DNA from: Squalus acanthias
Lineage: Eukaryota
Assembly: GCA_030390025.1 (NCBI GenBank)
Contig: CM059432.1
Span: 85,686,001 to 85,750,000 of the forward strand
Direction of reading: 5' to 3'
Length of the DNA: 64,000 nucleotides
Numbering within the stretch: the stretch's first letter is position 1; every line of letters begins with the position of its first letter. The notes below the pieces were generated by a model. That model was not told the origin of the DNA and searched no databases. It worked only from the letters and a program-made list of their open reading frames with translations. Of this stretch, positions 37,545 to 50,194 are shown one piece after another. A program made the translations under genes and the position numbers.

Positions 37545-37845
37545 CAGGTTGAGCGTCCCGAATCCAGCAACCTCGGGACTGAGGCTGAGTCGGTTTTCGG
37601 GTTTTTCCGGACTTCAGCACGTGTTTCTGATGTCCAAAGTCCGGAAACGCCCGAGTCCAGGTTGCAATATTTCCGGACTTCGGACATCACAAACACGTGC
37701 CGAGTCCGGAAATGCCTGGGCCCAGGTTGCGCTATTTCTGGTTTTTGGTAAACCTCCCTCGGTGTCCGGATTCCGGAACATTTTATGGATTCCGGACCCC
37801 TGCCACCAATCATTCCGGAACTCCGGATTTGTGACGCTCAACCTG
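37545..37845. mobile_element. Tc1/mariner-pogo (Tigger-like) MITE, 301 bp
   Basis: TIR CAGGTTGAGCGTC at both ends (perfect over 13 bp, similar over about 23 bp); TA TSD. Confidence 0.9.
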
Positions 37846-38629
37846 TATTATTAAAAATACAATTTATTTAAATTTACAGTTTCTAGATAGTTAGATAATG
37901 CAAAATAATGCTATGATTTATGAGAATTAAATAATGGAAATTGTATTTTTAATAGATCATTGTTCGACTATTTTTTGCTTCAAATTTTATGAATATGCCC
38001 ACATTTTCATGGAAATTGTAAATCAATTGCCTTGATTATTATTTAGTTGTGTGGTGGCTTTTTTTCTTGTCTTTTTTTAAAGTCCAAGATCTAAAGGAGG
38101 ATGAAAGTGAAGATATTTCAGGTTGGGGTAGTAGGTTTGTAGGAGTACTAGAAGGGGAATGTTTTAGTCACATTGGAAGGGTGGTCTCCGAATGTGGGAG
38201 CTGTAGGAAGGGGGTGGCTGGTGTGTGGGAGTATGATGGGGAAGGGGTTCTTGAGTGTTGGAGTACTAATTGCTGTAATCTCTGTTACCACTGGGTGGTG
38301 CTGTAGTCCTCTCTCAGAAATGCACTGGCTTGATGTGATGTTTAGTTTCACTATCCAGGAGCAGTAAATAAAAAGTGAAACGTGCTATTCAGTTTTTGCA
38401 GAGTGCTACCCACTGTCTGAATCGGGTACTGAAACAATAATCATCTTTGTTACATGACCATATAGTGCCAGTAACTGGGGCACTATGACATAATTTGTGG
38501 TAATTTCTTTTTGTTCTGTTTTGAGTATATTTCTGCTAAGTAGTTCATAGCCTATCTAATAGAGGGAAATGCTGATTGGTGGGCAGCTGTTCAGTGTTAA
38601 GTTTTAAGTTTATTTCTGCTAAATTACCT

Positions 38630-41600
38630 TCATAATCTGGTAAATAGAGGCATGGCAGGGCAGCTCAGTCCTGTGATTTGCACATCCTGTGCCATGTGGG
38701 ATATCCTGGACACTTCTTGCAGCCTGGACGACCACGTGTGCAGGAAGTGTCGCCAACTGCAGCAACTCGAGCTCCAGGTTTCGGAGCTTGAGCGGCAGCT
38801 GGAGTCACTACAGTGCATCCGCGAGGCTGAGAAATACTTGGAAAGCACGTTTCTAGAAGTGGCCACCCCGCAGCCTCAATGTGCAGGCAGAGAGGGAATG
38901 GGTGACCACTGGACAGAGAAGGAGGACCAGGCAGGTAGGGCAGGAATCTCCAGAGTACATCTTGCTCGCTAACTGGTTCACATTCTGGAAACTGGTGAGG
39001 GCGATGGTTCCTCTGGGGAGAGCAGCCAGAGCCAAGGCCATGGCACCACGGGTGGCTCAGCTGCACAGGGGTGAGGAAGAGGAGTGGAAGAGCAATAGTG
39101 ATAAGGGATTCATTGGTTAGGGGAACAGATAGGTGTTTCTGTGGACAAAGGCGTGACTCCAGGATGGTATGTGGCCTTCCTGGTGCCAGGGTCAAGGATG
39201 TCACTGAGCGGCTGCAGGACACTCTGAGACGGGAGGGTGAACAGCCAGAGGTCGTTGTCCATATCAGTACCAACGACATAGGCAGAGAGAGGGATGAGGT
39301 CCTGCAGGCATACTATAGGGAGCTAGGAAAGAGATTAAAAAGCAGGTCCTCAAATGTAGTAATCTCCGGATTACTTCCGGTGCCACGTGCTAGTGAGTAC
39401 AGGAATAGGAGGATAGAACAGATAGATAGATAGATGCGTGGCTGGAGAGATGGTGCAGGAGGGAGGGTTTTAGATTCCTGAAGCATTGGGACCGTTTCTG
39501 GGGAAGGTGGGACCTGTACAAGCCGGACGGGTTACACCTCACAGAGCCGGGACCAATATTCTCACGGGGAGGTTTGCTGGTGTTGTTGGGGAGGGTGTAA
39601 ACTAGCTTGGCAGGGGGGTGGGCACCAGCATATAAGGAGTAGAAAAGAGGAATAAGGTGCATAAAAGAGTGAGTGTGTTGGATAGTACTAGAGAAGAAAG
39701 TAGTACTAGAGGCGGAAGTAGTACCACATTAGATAGGAGCAGACCAAGAAAGACTACGAAAAATTCAAAAATGGGTTTAGAATGCATGTACGTAAACGCA
39801 CAAGTGTGGTGAATAAGGTTGGTGAGCTACAGCACAATTAGCCATGTGGCAATATGATGTTGTGGCAATAACGGAAACGTGACTTAAAAACGGTGAGGAC
39901 TGGGCACTTAATATTCAAGGGTACAAGGTGTTCAGAAAAGATAGGAAAGGGAAAAAAGGGAGGTGGGGTGGCAGAGCTGATTAAGGAAGACATTGTAGTG
40001 GTGGAAAGGGAGGATGTTCTGGAGGAGACAAGGACAGAATCCATTTGGTTAGAGATGAGGAGCAAAAAGGGTATGATCACACTATTGGGGGAATTCTATA
40101 GGCCTCCAAATAGTGAGAGGAAGGTAGAGGAGCAAATCTGAAGGAAAATCGCAGAGATATGCAAGAGCTATAGAGTGGTGATATTGGGGGGCTTTAACTA
40201 CCCAAATATCAATTAGGATAATAGGGTAAAGGGAAAGGAGGGGGAGAGGGATTTCTGAAATGTGTTCAGGAGAATTTCCTTGACCAGTATGTTCTTGGCC
40301 CAACTAGGAAGGAGGCATTGCTGGATCTGGTGCTGGAGAATGAGGTGGGCCAGGTCGACCAAGTGTCTGTGGGAGAACACTTGGGTACGAGTGATCATCG
40401 TATCATAAGATTTAAATTAGTAATGGAGAGGAGCAAGGAACAATCTAGAGAGGAACTTCTAAACTGGAATAGGGCTAACTTCAATGGGATGCGAAAGGAT
40501 CGAGCCAGGGTAAAATGGAACCAAAGACTGACAGGAAAAACTGTAACGGAACAATGGGTGATCTTTTAAGGAAGAGATGTTCCAAGTACAGGCTAGGTAC
40601 ATTCCAACAAGAAGGAAGGGAACCAAAGCAAGGGCTCCTTGGATGACGAGGAAGATAGAGAAGCTGATGAAACAAAAAAAAGGGTGTATGATGTATGTCA
40701 GGGATTAGCATTCTTCAAGGGAGAACCAGACCAAATACAATAAGTTGAGAGGGGAAGTGAAGATGAAAATAAGATTGGCAAAGAGAGAATATGAGAGTAG
40801 AATCGCAGTTAACATAAAAGGGAACCCAAAAATCTTCTACCGGCATGTAAACAGTAAGCGGGTAGTAAGAGGCAGGATGGGGCCTATTGGAGACAAAGAA
40901 GGTGATATATGCTTAGAAGCACAGGGCAAGGCTAGAATACTTAGTACTTTGTATCGGTGTTTACTAAGGAGGTGGATGCTGACAAAATATAAGTAGCAGT
41001 GGAAAAGGTAGAAGCAATGGAAGGGGTGAAAATTGATAGACAGGATGTACTAGAAAGGCTGGGTATGCTTAGAGTGGATAATTTGTCTGGTCCAGATGGC
41101 TTGCAGCCCATGTTGCTAAGGGAATGGGGGGAGGAGATAGCGGAAGGGCTTGCCATTATTTTCCAATCTTCCCTAGATGTGGGGGAGGTGCCTGAGGATT
41201 GCAAAGTGGCAAATGTGACACCATTGTTCAAGAAAGGGTGTAAGGACAATCCTAGTAACTACAGGCCGGTCAGTTTAACATCAGTGGTGGGTAAAGTTTT
41301 AGAAACAATAATCAAAGAAAAAACAATAATCAAAGAAAAAATTAACAGGCACTTGGAGAGGTTTAAGCTAATTAAGGAGAGCCAACACTGATTTGTAAAA
41401 GGCAGATCGTGTTTGACTAATCTAATTGAATTTTTTGATGAAGTAACAGGGAGGATTGATGAAGGGAATGCAATGGATGTTGTCTACGTGGATTTTAGGA
41501 AGGTGTTTGACAAAGTACCAGATAGAAGGCTGGTTAACAAAATTGAGGCTCATGGAATAGGTGGGTCAGTGGCAGCTTGGATAAGAATGGCTTAAGGACA

Positions 41601-43128
41601 GAAAACAGTGAGTTGTGGTAAATGGCTGTTTTTCAGACTGGAGGATGGTAGACAGTGGTGTTCCCCAAGGGTCAGTGCTGGGGCCACTGCTTTTTTTGAT
41701 ATATATAAATGACCTGGATATTGGAATACAGAGTAGAATTTCTAAATTTGCCGATGACCCAAACTTGGGGGTGTGGCAAACAATGAGGATGACACCAATC
41801 GACTGCAACAGGACATAGAAAGGCTAGCAGAATGGGCAGACAAGTGGCAGATGGAATTTAATACAGAGAAGTGTGAGGTGATGCATTTTGGCCGAGGGAG
41901 CAGGGAGAGGCAATATACACTTAATGGCATAGTTTAAAAAAGAAAGACTTGCATTTATATAGCGTCTTTCACGACCACCGGACGTCTCAAAGAGCTCTAC
42001 AGTCAATGAAGTACTTTTTTGGAGTGGAATCGCTGTTGTAATGTGGGAAACACGGCAGCCAATTTGCGCACAGCAAGGTCCCACAATGTGATAATGACCA
42101 GATAATCTGTTGTTGTTATGTTGGTTGAGGGATAAATATTGGCCAGGACACCGGGGACAACTCCCCTACTCTTCTTCGAAATAGTGCCATGGGATCTTTT
42201 ACGTCCACCTGAGAAAGCAGACGGGGCCTCGGTTTAACTTCTCATCTGAAAGACGGCACCTCCAACAGTGCAGCACTCCCTCAGCACTGCACTGGAGTGT
42301 CAGCCTAGCTTTATGTGCTCAACTCCCTGGAGTGGGACTTGAACCCACAACCTTCTGACTCGGAGACGAGTGTGCTCCCAACTGAGCCACAGCTGACACT
42401 AAGAGTGTGCAGGGACTGAGGGACCTGGGAGTTAATGTGCATAGGTCCCTGAAGGTGGCAGGACATATTGAGAGAGTGGTTAGCAAAGCCTGTTGGATCT
42501 TGGGCTTCATAAATAGAGGTATTGAGTACAAAAGTAGAGAAGTTATGCTGAACCTTTATAAAGCGCTGGTTAGGCCACAACTGGAGTATTGCATCCAGTT
42601 CTGGTCACCACACTTTAAGAAGGATGTGAAGGCCCTTGAGAGGGTGCAGAAGAGATTTGCCAGAATGGTTCCGGGGGTGGGGAATCTTAGCTACAAGGAC
42701 AGGTTGGAGAAGCTGGATTTGTTTTCATTAGAGCAAAGGAGGTTGAGGGGTGATTTGATAGAGGTGTACAAGATTATGATGGGTTTGGATAGGCTAGACA
42801 GGGAAAGGCTGTTCCCATTAGTTGATGGTAGAAGGACTAGGGGACACAGATTTAAGGTTTTGGGCAAGAGATACAGGGGGGATGTGAGGAAACATGTTTA
42901 CGCAGCGAGTGGTGAGGACCTGGAACTCGCTGCCGACGGAAGTGGTGGAAGCGGAGACACTCAATGTTTTCAAGGGGAGACTGGATAGGCACTTGAGGGA
43001 AATAAACTTGCAGGGCTACGGGGATAGAGCGGGGGAATGTGACTGACTGGATTGCTCTACAGAGAGCCGGCACGGACTCGATGGGCCGAATGGCCTCCTT
43101 CTGTGCCGTTATGGCTCTATGACTCTAT
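38630..43128 (+). mobile_element. Near full-length CR1 LINE (ORF1 from 38652; ORF2 about 39770-43040), inactivated, with a SINE inserted
   Basis: ORF1 MAGQLSPVICTSCAMW...VCRKC coiled coil and esterase; EN and RT motifs through RPQLEYCIQFWSPH; (ATGACTCT)n tail; multiple stops and frameshifts. Confidence 0.95.
41936..42399 (-). mobile_element. Full-length tRNA-derived SINE nested in the CR1
   Basis: Minus strand GTGTCAGCTGTGGCTCAGTTGG (A-box)...GGTTCAAGTCCC (B-box)...L2-like tail. The CR1 is colinear on both sides. Confidence 0.9.
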
Positions 43129-43289
43129 AATAAAACCGACCATCACTTTCATTATGTTGCTATTGTGTCCAATTCCTGTCAGACCTCAAAGGAGGGCTTT
43201 CTGCTAATTTGGACCAAGACTTAAGTTTCAAACCTTCGACCAGTGTAAATTTGCCATTTTTCCAAATTCCAGCAGTGTGAATGTTGCAT

Positions 43290-43740
43290 TATTTTGGCCC
43301 TGCCACAAGCTCTACTCCCTTGCCACTGATTCCACTGTCTCAGGTTAAAGAAGACTCTTTACAGCAATTGTTTGACCCCCAAGCTGCACTTCAAAGGCCA
43401 TATCTTTCCCATGATAAAGATCATTTACTTCCACCTCCGCAAAGTTGTCTGTCCCTACCTCAGTCCCTCCACCACTGAAACCTGCATCACTTCCAGACTC
43501 GACTACTTCAACACTTTCCATGCTTCTCTTCCATCTGCCACATTGTATAAACACCAACTTGTCCAAAACTCTGCTGCATGTATCTTGTCCTGTACTAGGC
43601 TCCGTTCACCTATCACCCCTGTCATCACAGACCTACATTGGCTCCCTGTCTCTAAATGCCTTTAATTTAAAATTCTCATCCTCACCTTTAACTCCTACCT
43701 TGCCCTACCCTAGTTCCACAAACTTCTCTATTCCTATTTT
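43290..43740 (+). mobile_element. Old L2 LINE 3' fragment
   Basis: ITSRLDYFN, QLVQNSAACIL, ITPVITDLHWLPV. Confidence 0.8.
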
Positions 43741-44697
43741 TGGCACCTGACAGAATTGTGGAGATAAATTCCAGAGTCTGGCAACGTTAGGGTCTGACAA
43801 CTGTAGCAGAGACCAATTGAGGGTCTGCCAACACTGGAGAGTATTGCACCACAAAGAGAGGAAGCCTAACATCTGGCAGCACAGTGATTTGGGGGGGGGG
43901 GGTTGGTATTCGCAAATCTGGCAGACACGAGATCTAGAAGCTATTGTCTGGCAGTACAGGGCGAGCTGAACCAGGGAATCATTGCTTGTCAAATTCTATT
44001 TGATCATCGCTCATGTGAAGTGCCTTGCGACATTTTACTAAGAGGTTAAAATAGACTCTCACCTGCAATTGTTTTTCCCATTAGCTTTCCTGCAGTTGTT
44101 TTTCCCATTAGCTTTCCTGAAACAGTATTTGAATTTGAAGAGGCCTCTATTGCTCAGTCCTTTGTCTGGAGATTGCATATTATCCTTCCTTGTATTGTAT
44201 TGATATTTATTGCAGGTATCTCTAACCAAAATGATGCGCCACAGACTTCTCTATAATCAGAAGAGGTCAGGATTAAGTACATGTTGTGGTCTGTTCCCTT
44301 CTGTTAGGTTCCCATTCCATAGTGAGTGTTCTCCACTTGAAAAATTGTGTTTAACCTTTCACTTGATGAATTTAATGTACTTCCCACGTCCCTGTCCCCT
44401 CAATGTAAATAGTGAGCCTAAAATTCCTGTGATCAGAGATGCTAGCTAGCTGAAAATTTTTGGCATCTGACACATCACTTCCAATAGTGCATTACATTGA
44501 TCCTAGCTGCACTATTTTTAGCATTTATTATAAAGCATGTTATGAATAAGTGTCAAGAGTCCAGTACAGCAACAATAACGAATAAATATGGCTTGAGCTG
44601 AAAAACCCTGCTTTTGTCAGAAATGGTAATTTCAGCTCCCTGTATTTTTCACAACTTGTTTGGAAGGTGTTGGATAATCCATCCTTTTTGTTTCCAG

Positions 44698-44763
44698 CAG
44701 TGAAGATTTATTGAGAGGAGAAACAGTGGGAGAGTTGAATAACACCGAGTCTAATACGCGAAG
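44698..44763 (+). CDS. TERF1: TERF1 exon 7 (symmetric phase 2-2; tandem acceptor, alternative start 44701)
   Basis: CTTTTTGTTTCCAG|CAG acceptor; (C)SEDLLRGETVGELNNTESNTR(R); AG|GTTTGT donor. It is the only candidate I found that restores frame between exons 6 and 8. Positional homology only. Confidence 0.75.
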
Positions 44764-45431
44764 GTTTGTTATACTTGTACAGTTCTGCCCTCCTGTTGTT
44801 GTTTCTGTTTTGTGGTTTAAATTGATTTGGGAACTGTGCATTATTGCAAAAGCAAAATATATTAATAAAAATCTAATAGCATGTACCAAAAATAAGAGCT
44901 TTGAAATTGCTGTCTGGATATGTTTAAGGCTTCCTGATTTTAGAGCAATCTTTAAAAGAGAATGAACATTAAAGTTGAGTCTTTCAATTTTATTTTTCCC
45001 TTTTACTATAGAACTAGGGAAATTTAAATTTTGGTTAATATTTATCTATTGGTTTGCTCATTTTTGTATACTGGGTGGTGTAAACAACCTTGTTCTTGCA
45101 CTATCACTCTAACCAGAAGGGTTGTATTTGCAGTTAGCACTCACTGCAAAAATCCCAATTAACTTATGATTATAAATCTAAAACCCCTGTCCAGAATTTG
45201 CTTTTCTCATCCCCATCCTGTGCACCAAACACCCAGCACACCTGCAAAGTAGATACATGTAGAGGTTCATGGAGAGGCTTGTAAATCTGAAAATTGCTAA
45301 AACTTTGAGACTTTTTAGTTACAGGTGTTTTCCTGTTTTGTAATGCTCCCCTCTAAATACCCCCTCTAAATGTTAGTAAATGTAAATATTACTCTTTGCT
45401 GAAATTATAAGTGAAATACATTTTATTGCAG

Positions 45432-45538
45432 ATCTAAAAAGAAGCTTTACAGTTTTGTTGAACACAAAGGTTGGAAACCGATAAAGTCTGAAGCAGTCAA
45501 AGCTTTGGCAGGAAAAAGAAAAAGGTCATCTGCGAGAA
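45432..45538 (+). CDS. TERF1: TERF1 exon 8 (basic, NLS-like)
   Basis: TTTTATTGCAG acceptor; SKKKLYSFVEHKGWKPIKSEAVKALAGKRKRSSAR; donor GTGGGT; phase 2-1. Confidence 0.8.
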
Positions 45539-46164
45539 GTGGGTATATCAAAATGTGCTGATCAAATTTTGGCATTGATTAGTCCAAATACAAGCCTATA
45601 ATCATTGGTACTTTTATTGCCAGTTGCAGCCTTCCAATCTGAACAAAATACATGGTCTAGATCTGCAAAGTGTACAAAACAAAAGTACTCTGTGGGAGGA
45701 GGAATTAACTTATTTTGCTGCAGTGATACTACTAGTTGTGGCCGGCCGATCTTCCCTCCACCTATTGCTCCAAGTGGATTTACTGCTCCATGTACCACTG
45801 GGGATACATTTATGATCTGCCTGGCTGTGGATTATTGACTGAGCTGAGATTCAGTATGTTCACTGTTTGTGTTCTCTGGAAAAAGGAGTTAAGTGAATGC
45901 TATCAGACAAAGTTATCCCAGCTTCCAAGGAGCAAGTGTAAGAGCCCTATTAAAATAGAACTATTGGTCCTACAGTTTTATTTATATTTTTCCTACTCTT
46001 CCCTGTGGGAAATTCTTTGCTGGCCTCTTGGCAACTGTCCACAGTCGCATGATTGAAATCAGGAGTTCACTGTGAGAATTGCAGGTCTGGGTCTGTGGCC
46101 CAACATGTTGACGTATTCCTGAGAGTGGTTCGGATTGTGGCCCTGCATAAAAACTTCAGTAAAG

Positions 46165-46528
46165 AAAGAAAAACAAAGGAGCTTGCATTCGTATTGCACT
46201 TTCATGACATCAGGATGCCATAAATAGCATTAAGATAAGGCAGCATATAATCTGTTTTGGTGGTGTTGATTGAGGAATAAATGTTGGCCAGGCCACTCTG
46301 AGAACTCCCCTGCTCTAATTTGAAAAGTGCCATAAGGATTTTTTACATCCACATGAGAGGGCAGATGGGGATCTGGGTTTAACATCTCATTCGAAAGATG
46401 GCATCTCAAGAAGTGCAGCACTCCCTCAGTACTGTACTGAAGTGTCAGCCTAGAATATTTCTCTGATGTGGTGCATGAACCCACAACCTTCTGACTCAGG
46501 TGAGAGTGCTGCCACTGAGCCATGGCTA
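46165..46528 (-). mobile_element. Degraded copy of the tRNA-SINE (a CR1 3' tail follows at about 46612-46730)
   Basis: Minus strand GCCATGGCTCAGTGGCAGCACTCTCACCTGAGTCAGAAGGTTGTGGGTTCA plus core. Confidence 0.8.
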
Positions 46529-47545
46529 CCATCACCTTGAGTTGGAGAGCATGCCACTCGTGATGTGTTCCAGCAACCAAAATCAAACGGCATTGGCTAG
46601 GGTCTGGAAGTATAGAATCATACAGCACAGAAGGAAGCCATTAGACCTATTGTGCCTGCAAGAGCTATTCAATTAGTCCCACTCCCCTGCTCTTTCCCCA
46701 TAGCCCTGCAAATTTTCCCCCTTCAAGTAATTAAATACTTAAAGTAGTGTTGCTTTATCATATTTTCAGCAAGATGATAAGTACTGTGGTCAGATTTTGA
46801 GCCTCTGTCCAAACTACCTGCCTGTGGATCCATGAACATTAATTCACAGATTTTTTTAAATAAAAAATTACACTAATAAAGTATAAGATGTGTTATTTTA
46901 GTGAGTTGTGCTTTCATCCCAATTTCTCTTATGATATGCTTAAGTCATTTGAAAGAATAAATGGAGAACTTCTTTTTCATACCACAAACCTAACTCGGTG
47001 AATTGGGATTTCACTGATCTGAGCTATAATCAGACTTGCTTCAGTATTTTTTACCAGCTAATGCACCGTGCCACTGGGTGTAAGACACAGCTTTGCACCC
47101 ACAATTCCCCATGCTGGAGTTCCTGATTTCTGCCTTGCCACTGGAATCGAGAGAACAGAGGCTATGCACCTCCCAGCCGGTGTGGGAGAAAGTTGGAGAG
47201 CATTCATTTCCCATGTTCAAACGGCAGTGGCAAGGGTCTGGGCGCAGGTCACCTCCCAATCAGCTTGGAAATGGCGAAGGATGCTGAGACACTGAAGAAG
47301 GGAGAGAAAATTAAATGCTAAACAACATCTCCACTTGAAATACAAGTGCAAATTGTTGGTATAATGTACTTAGCTGGCCAAACCACAACACTGTTGAGGC
47401 ATTGTGTTTAAAAGCACGTTTCCATTTAGAAACTTGGATATTGATGTTGGAATTGGCACAGCATAGATCCACTGGGATCATCTGGGGAAAGGTGAAGGCT
47501 TTTGCAGCTGTTCAAATATTGTCTGTTCTGTTCTATCTTTTACAG

Positions 47546-47631
47546 AGAAGAGAATCGCAAGTAGTGGACATCTGGTGGAAATTAAAAAGCAAAATATATC
47601 CGTTAATTCAGAAGTGCCGAGGAAGAAAAGA
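47546..47631 (+). CDS. TERF1: TERF1 exon 9
   Basis: TCTTTTACAG acceptor; (K)KRIASSGHLVEIKKQNISVNSEVPRKKR; GTAAGT donor; phase 1-0, leading into the Myb exon as human ARKRQ does. Confidence 0.87.
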
Positions 47632-50194
47632 GTAAGTATTTGATAAAAGGAAAATCTATACCACTCGTGAAACAAAAAGGTTACATCATTGAAGTCATAA
47701 AAGAAACACAAGCTTCTTCCCACCACCATTTTTTGGGGGGATAGGGGGGTGGGGGGGGAGCAGTGGTGGCGAAGAAGGGATAGAGCTGATTTTGATTTCA
47801 ATGTACAGATTTTTCTATCATTTACCAATCCTATGGGGTGCAGCTATAGGGTACTTGTTCTTGCGAGAATATGGCATCATCTTAAAATGAGATTTTCCTT
47901 TTCTGTGCCCATTGTACTGCCTTGTATTTTTCTCCATAATTCTGCTATGCTGGCAAGCCTCTAGTATCCCAGTTGTGATGTACTTCAATATTTGCTAAAT
48001 GTTATTTTGGTCAAAACATTAACAATATTTTAATGTTTTTGTTTTGATTTTAGATATGTTTGAAATTCCTGTTTGTCTCTTGTGATCCTCCAACTGTAGC
48101 TTGGAGATAGGGCGGGCAGTATGCTCTTAAACCTTCTCCAATGCTATTTTGAACTGCCGGTTAGAATGTATGTGACTGTGGTCTAGAAATGTCACTGGTT
48201 TTTCTATCCCACCTTCCCATTGCAGGAATGCACCTTTCCACAGCAGTACAGCTGCAAATGGGTTTACAATGGCATGGGGATAAAACTACAACTGCATCTC
48301 CCGAGTGTAAATTAACAAAATGGTATTTTGAATTTTGCATTTTTTCCTGCCCCTGACTGTCGCAACTAATGCCTACCTGGTGGTGGTAAATAATTTATAG
48401 AAACTTCATTTCAGAGGCATAGTCAAAAGTTGAGTTTCTTTTGTATATTACTGCTGCTATTGGGGTCTCTTGTATAAAGTGAAGCCTTACAGTGCACCAG
48501 TAGGGACCTGGACAAAGATGCAATAATTGAGAATCCCATTTCCTGATTATAAAAGGAAATCAAGAGGGGGACTGGCTGGTGCACTAGATTAGCACACTAT
48601 CTTTTTACCTCTGGAACTGGGGTTTGAATCCAGCCAGCTGTAACAATTCTTCATGAAAGAAGTTTGGGCCGTTTCAACTTACTTCCTGATGGGCACGGCA
48701 TACAGCACGGACTAGCCCACAAATGGACACCTAACTTTCAAAAACTGTATCATTCCAATGCTGTAAAATTGGTTGCTGTCAGAAATTGATGAATTCACGC
48801 AGGCTCAATAGAAAGCTGGTCTTGGGCACGGAGTACCCTGTAAGGCATATCCATTTGGAGCATTCGGAGCTTGCCAGGGGAAAATTTAAAAGATATGTTA
48901 TAGCTCTTGGTGAAATTATATTTGTGGTGCAAGTTGGTGTAATCACCACTTAATCCTTGGTAATGAAGCACCTGATCAGACCTGATTTGGACATAGCAAA
49001 ATTCTCCTTCAAATCATTAGTTTTCCACTTATGTATACCCAGATATGTCTCTGAAGTTTTTACAGGTGGTTTCCATTATAAATAGTGTCATTGAAATTTA
49101 TAATGGGGAAAAAAGTTGACAGGAAGTGCACACAGGCATAAGATTTTTAATATATTATAGATCTAGATTTTCTAAAGTATTTTTCCTGCCACTATAAACT
49201 GCTGTTAAAAGTTACAATTGTGATATTCAGCAATCTAGATAGTATTTTGGAACACTTACATTTGGGGAATTGAATTGCAGACAAGAGTTGTGTAAAATGG
49301 AGAAACACACTTTATCTTAAAACATGCCTAACTGATTGAAGCATACTCAGGTTTAAGAGACTTTGAAAAGAAGCAGAAAGTCATTGTCGTTAACTGGAGT
49401 TAAATCAATAGTGTATGCATGAAATTTTAGAAGCCTACTTGGCAAGCTCTTCATTGCGAAATGAAACAAAATGCGTCATATTCTGAAGATTGCTAAAAGG
49501 TTTATGTGACGCCATGTAGAACATATTAAGGCAAAGAATTAATTAGGTGTGGTAGTTCAGTTACTGAATCTTGAAATGGACTCTCTAAGCTACTTTAGTT
49601 CAATGTTTGCTTTGTTTTCTCTCTAATAGCTTTTGATGAAACAGTTCAGTTCCTTGGTGCAGTATGCACCGTTTTGTGAGTAGTTTTGTTGCGTGTTATC
49701 CAAGTCTGACAAATTGAACGAAGAATTTTGGTTTTGTAGCACTACAGACTTCTTACTATTAGCCCATCCTCTTTCTAAGCCTGTGATTGTCCAATTTGAA
49801 TAGCTTAGGAATCATAATGCTTAAGCTACTGTTTGAATATTAATAAAGTTGTATTACTATTTGTCGTATACATTATTCCATAGTTCATATTTCAGTAGGG
49901 TTTCTAAGAATAAAAGCATATTTTATTGAACCATACTGCATGTGATGGCCTGCCCAAATCTTGTACAGTAAGTTGTTTGTCCCACAGTAGTGTTCTGTCA
50001 TAGACTATGGCTACCCTGAATTACAGGTTATTATATTTCTGTCATTACTTGATGTAGCCCAACCTAGCTACTTTGATTAGTAGAATAATGAATGAGCAAA
50101 TTAAATGGAAGTGGGCCAAATAAGTGGTCACTGAACTTCACTGTTCAATTCAGACATCAAACATGCAATCTTTTACCGACTGAATATGACCTTC

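Noticed and set aside
31414..45432. Frameshift or pseudogenisation of the TERF1 hinge
   Set aside because: The apparent phase conflict disappears once the 66-nt exon at 44698-44763 is used.
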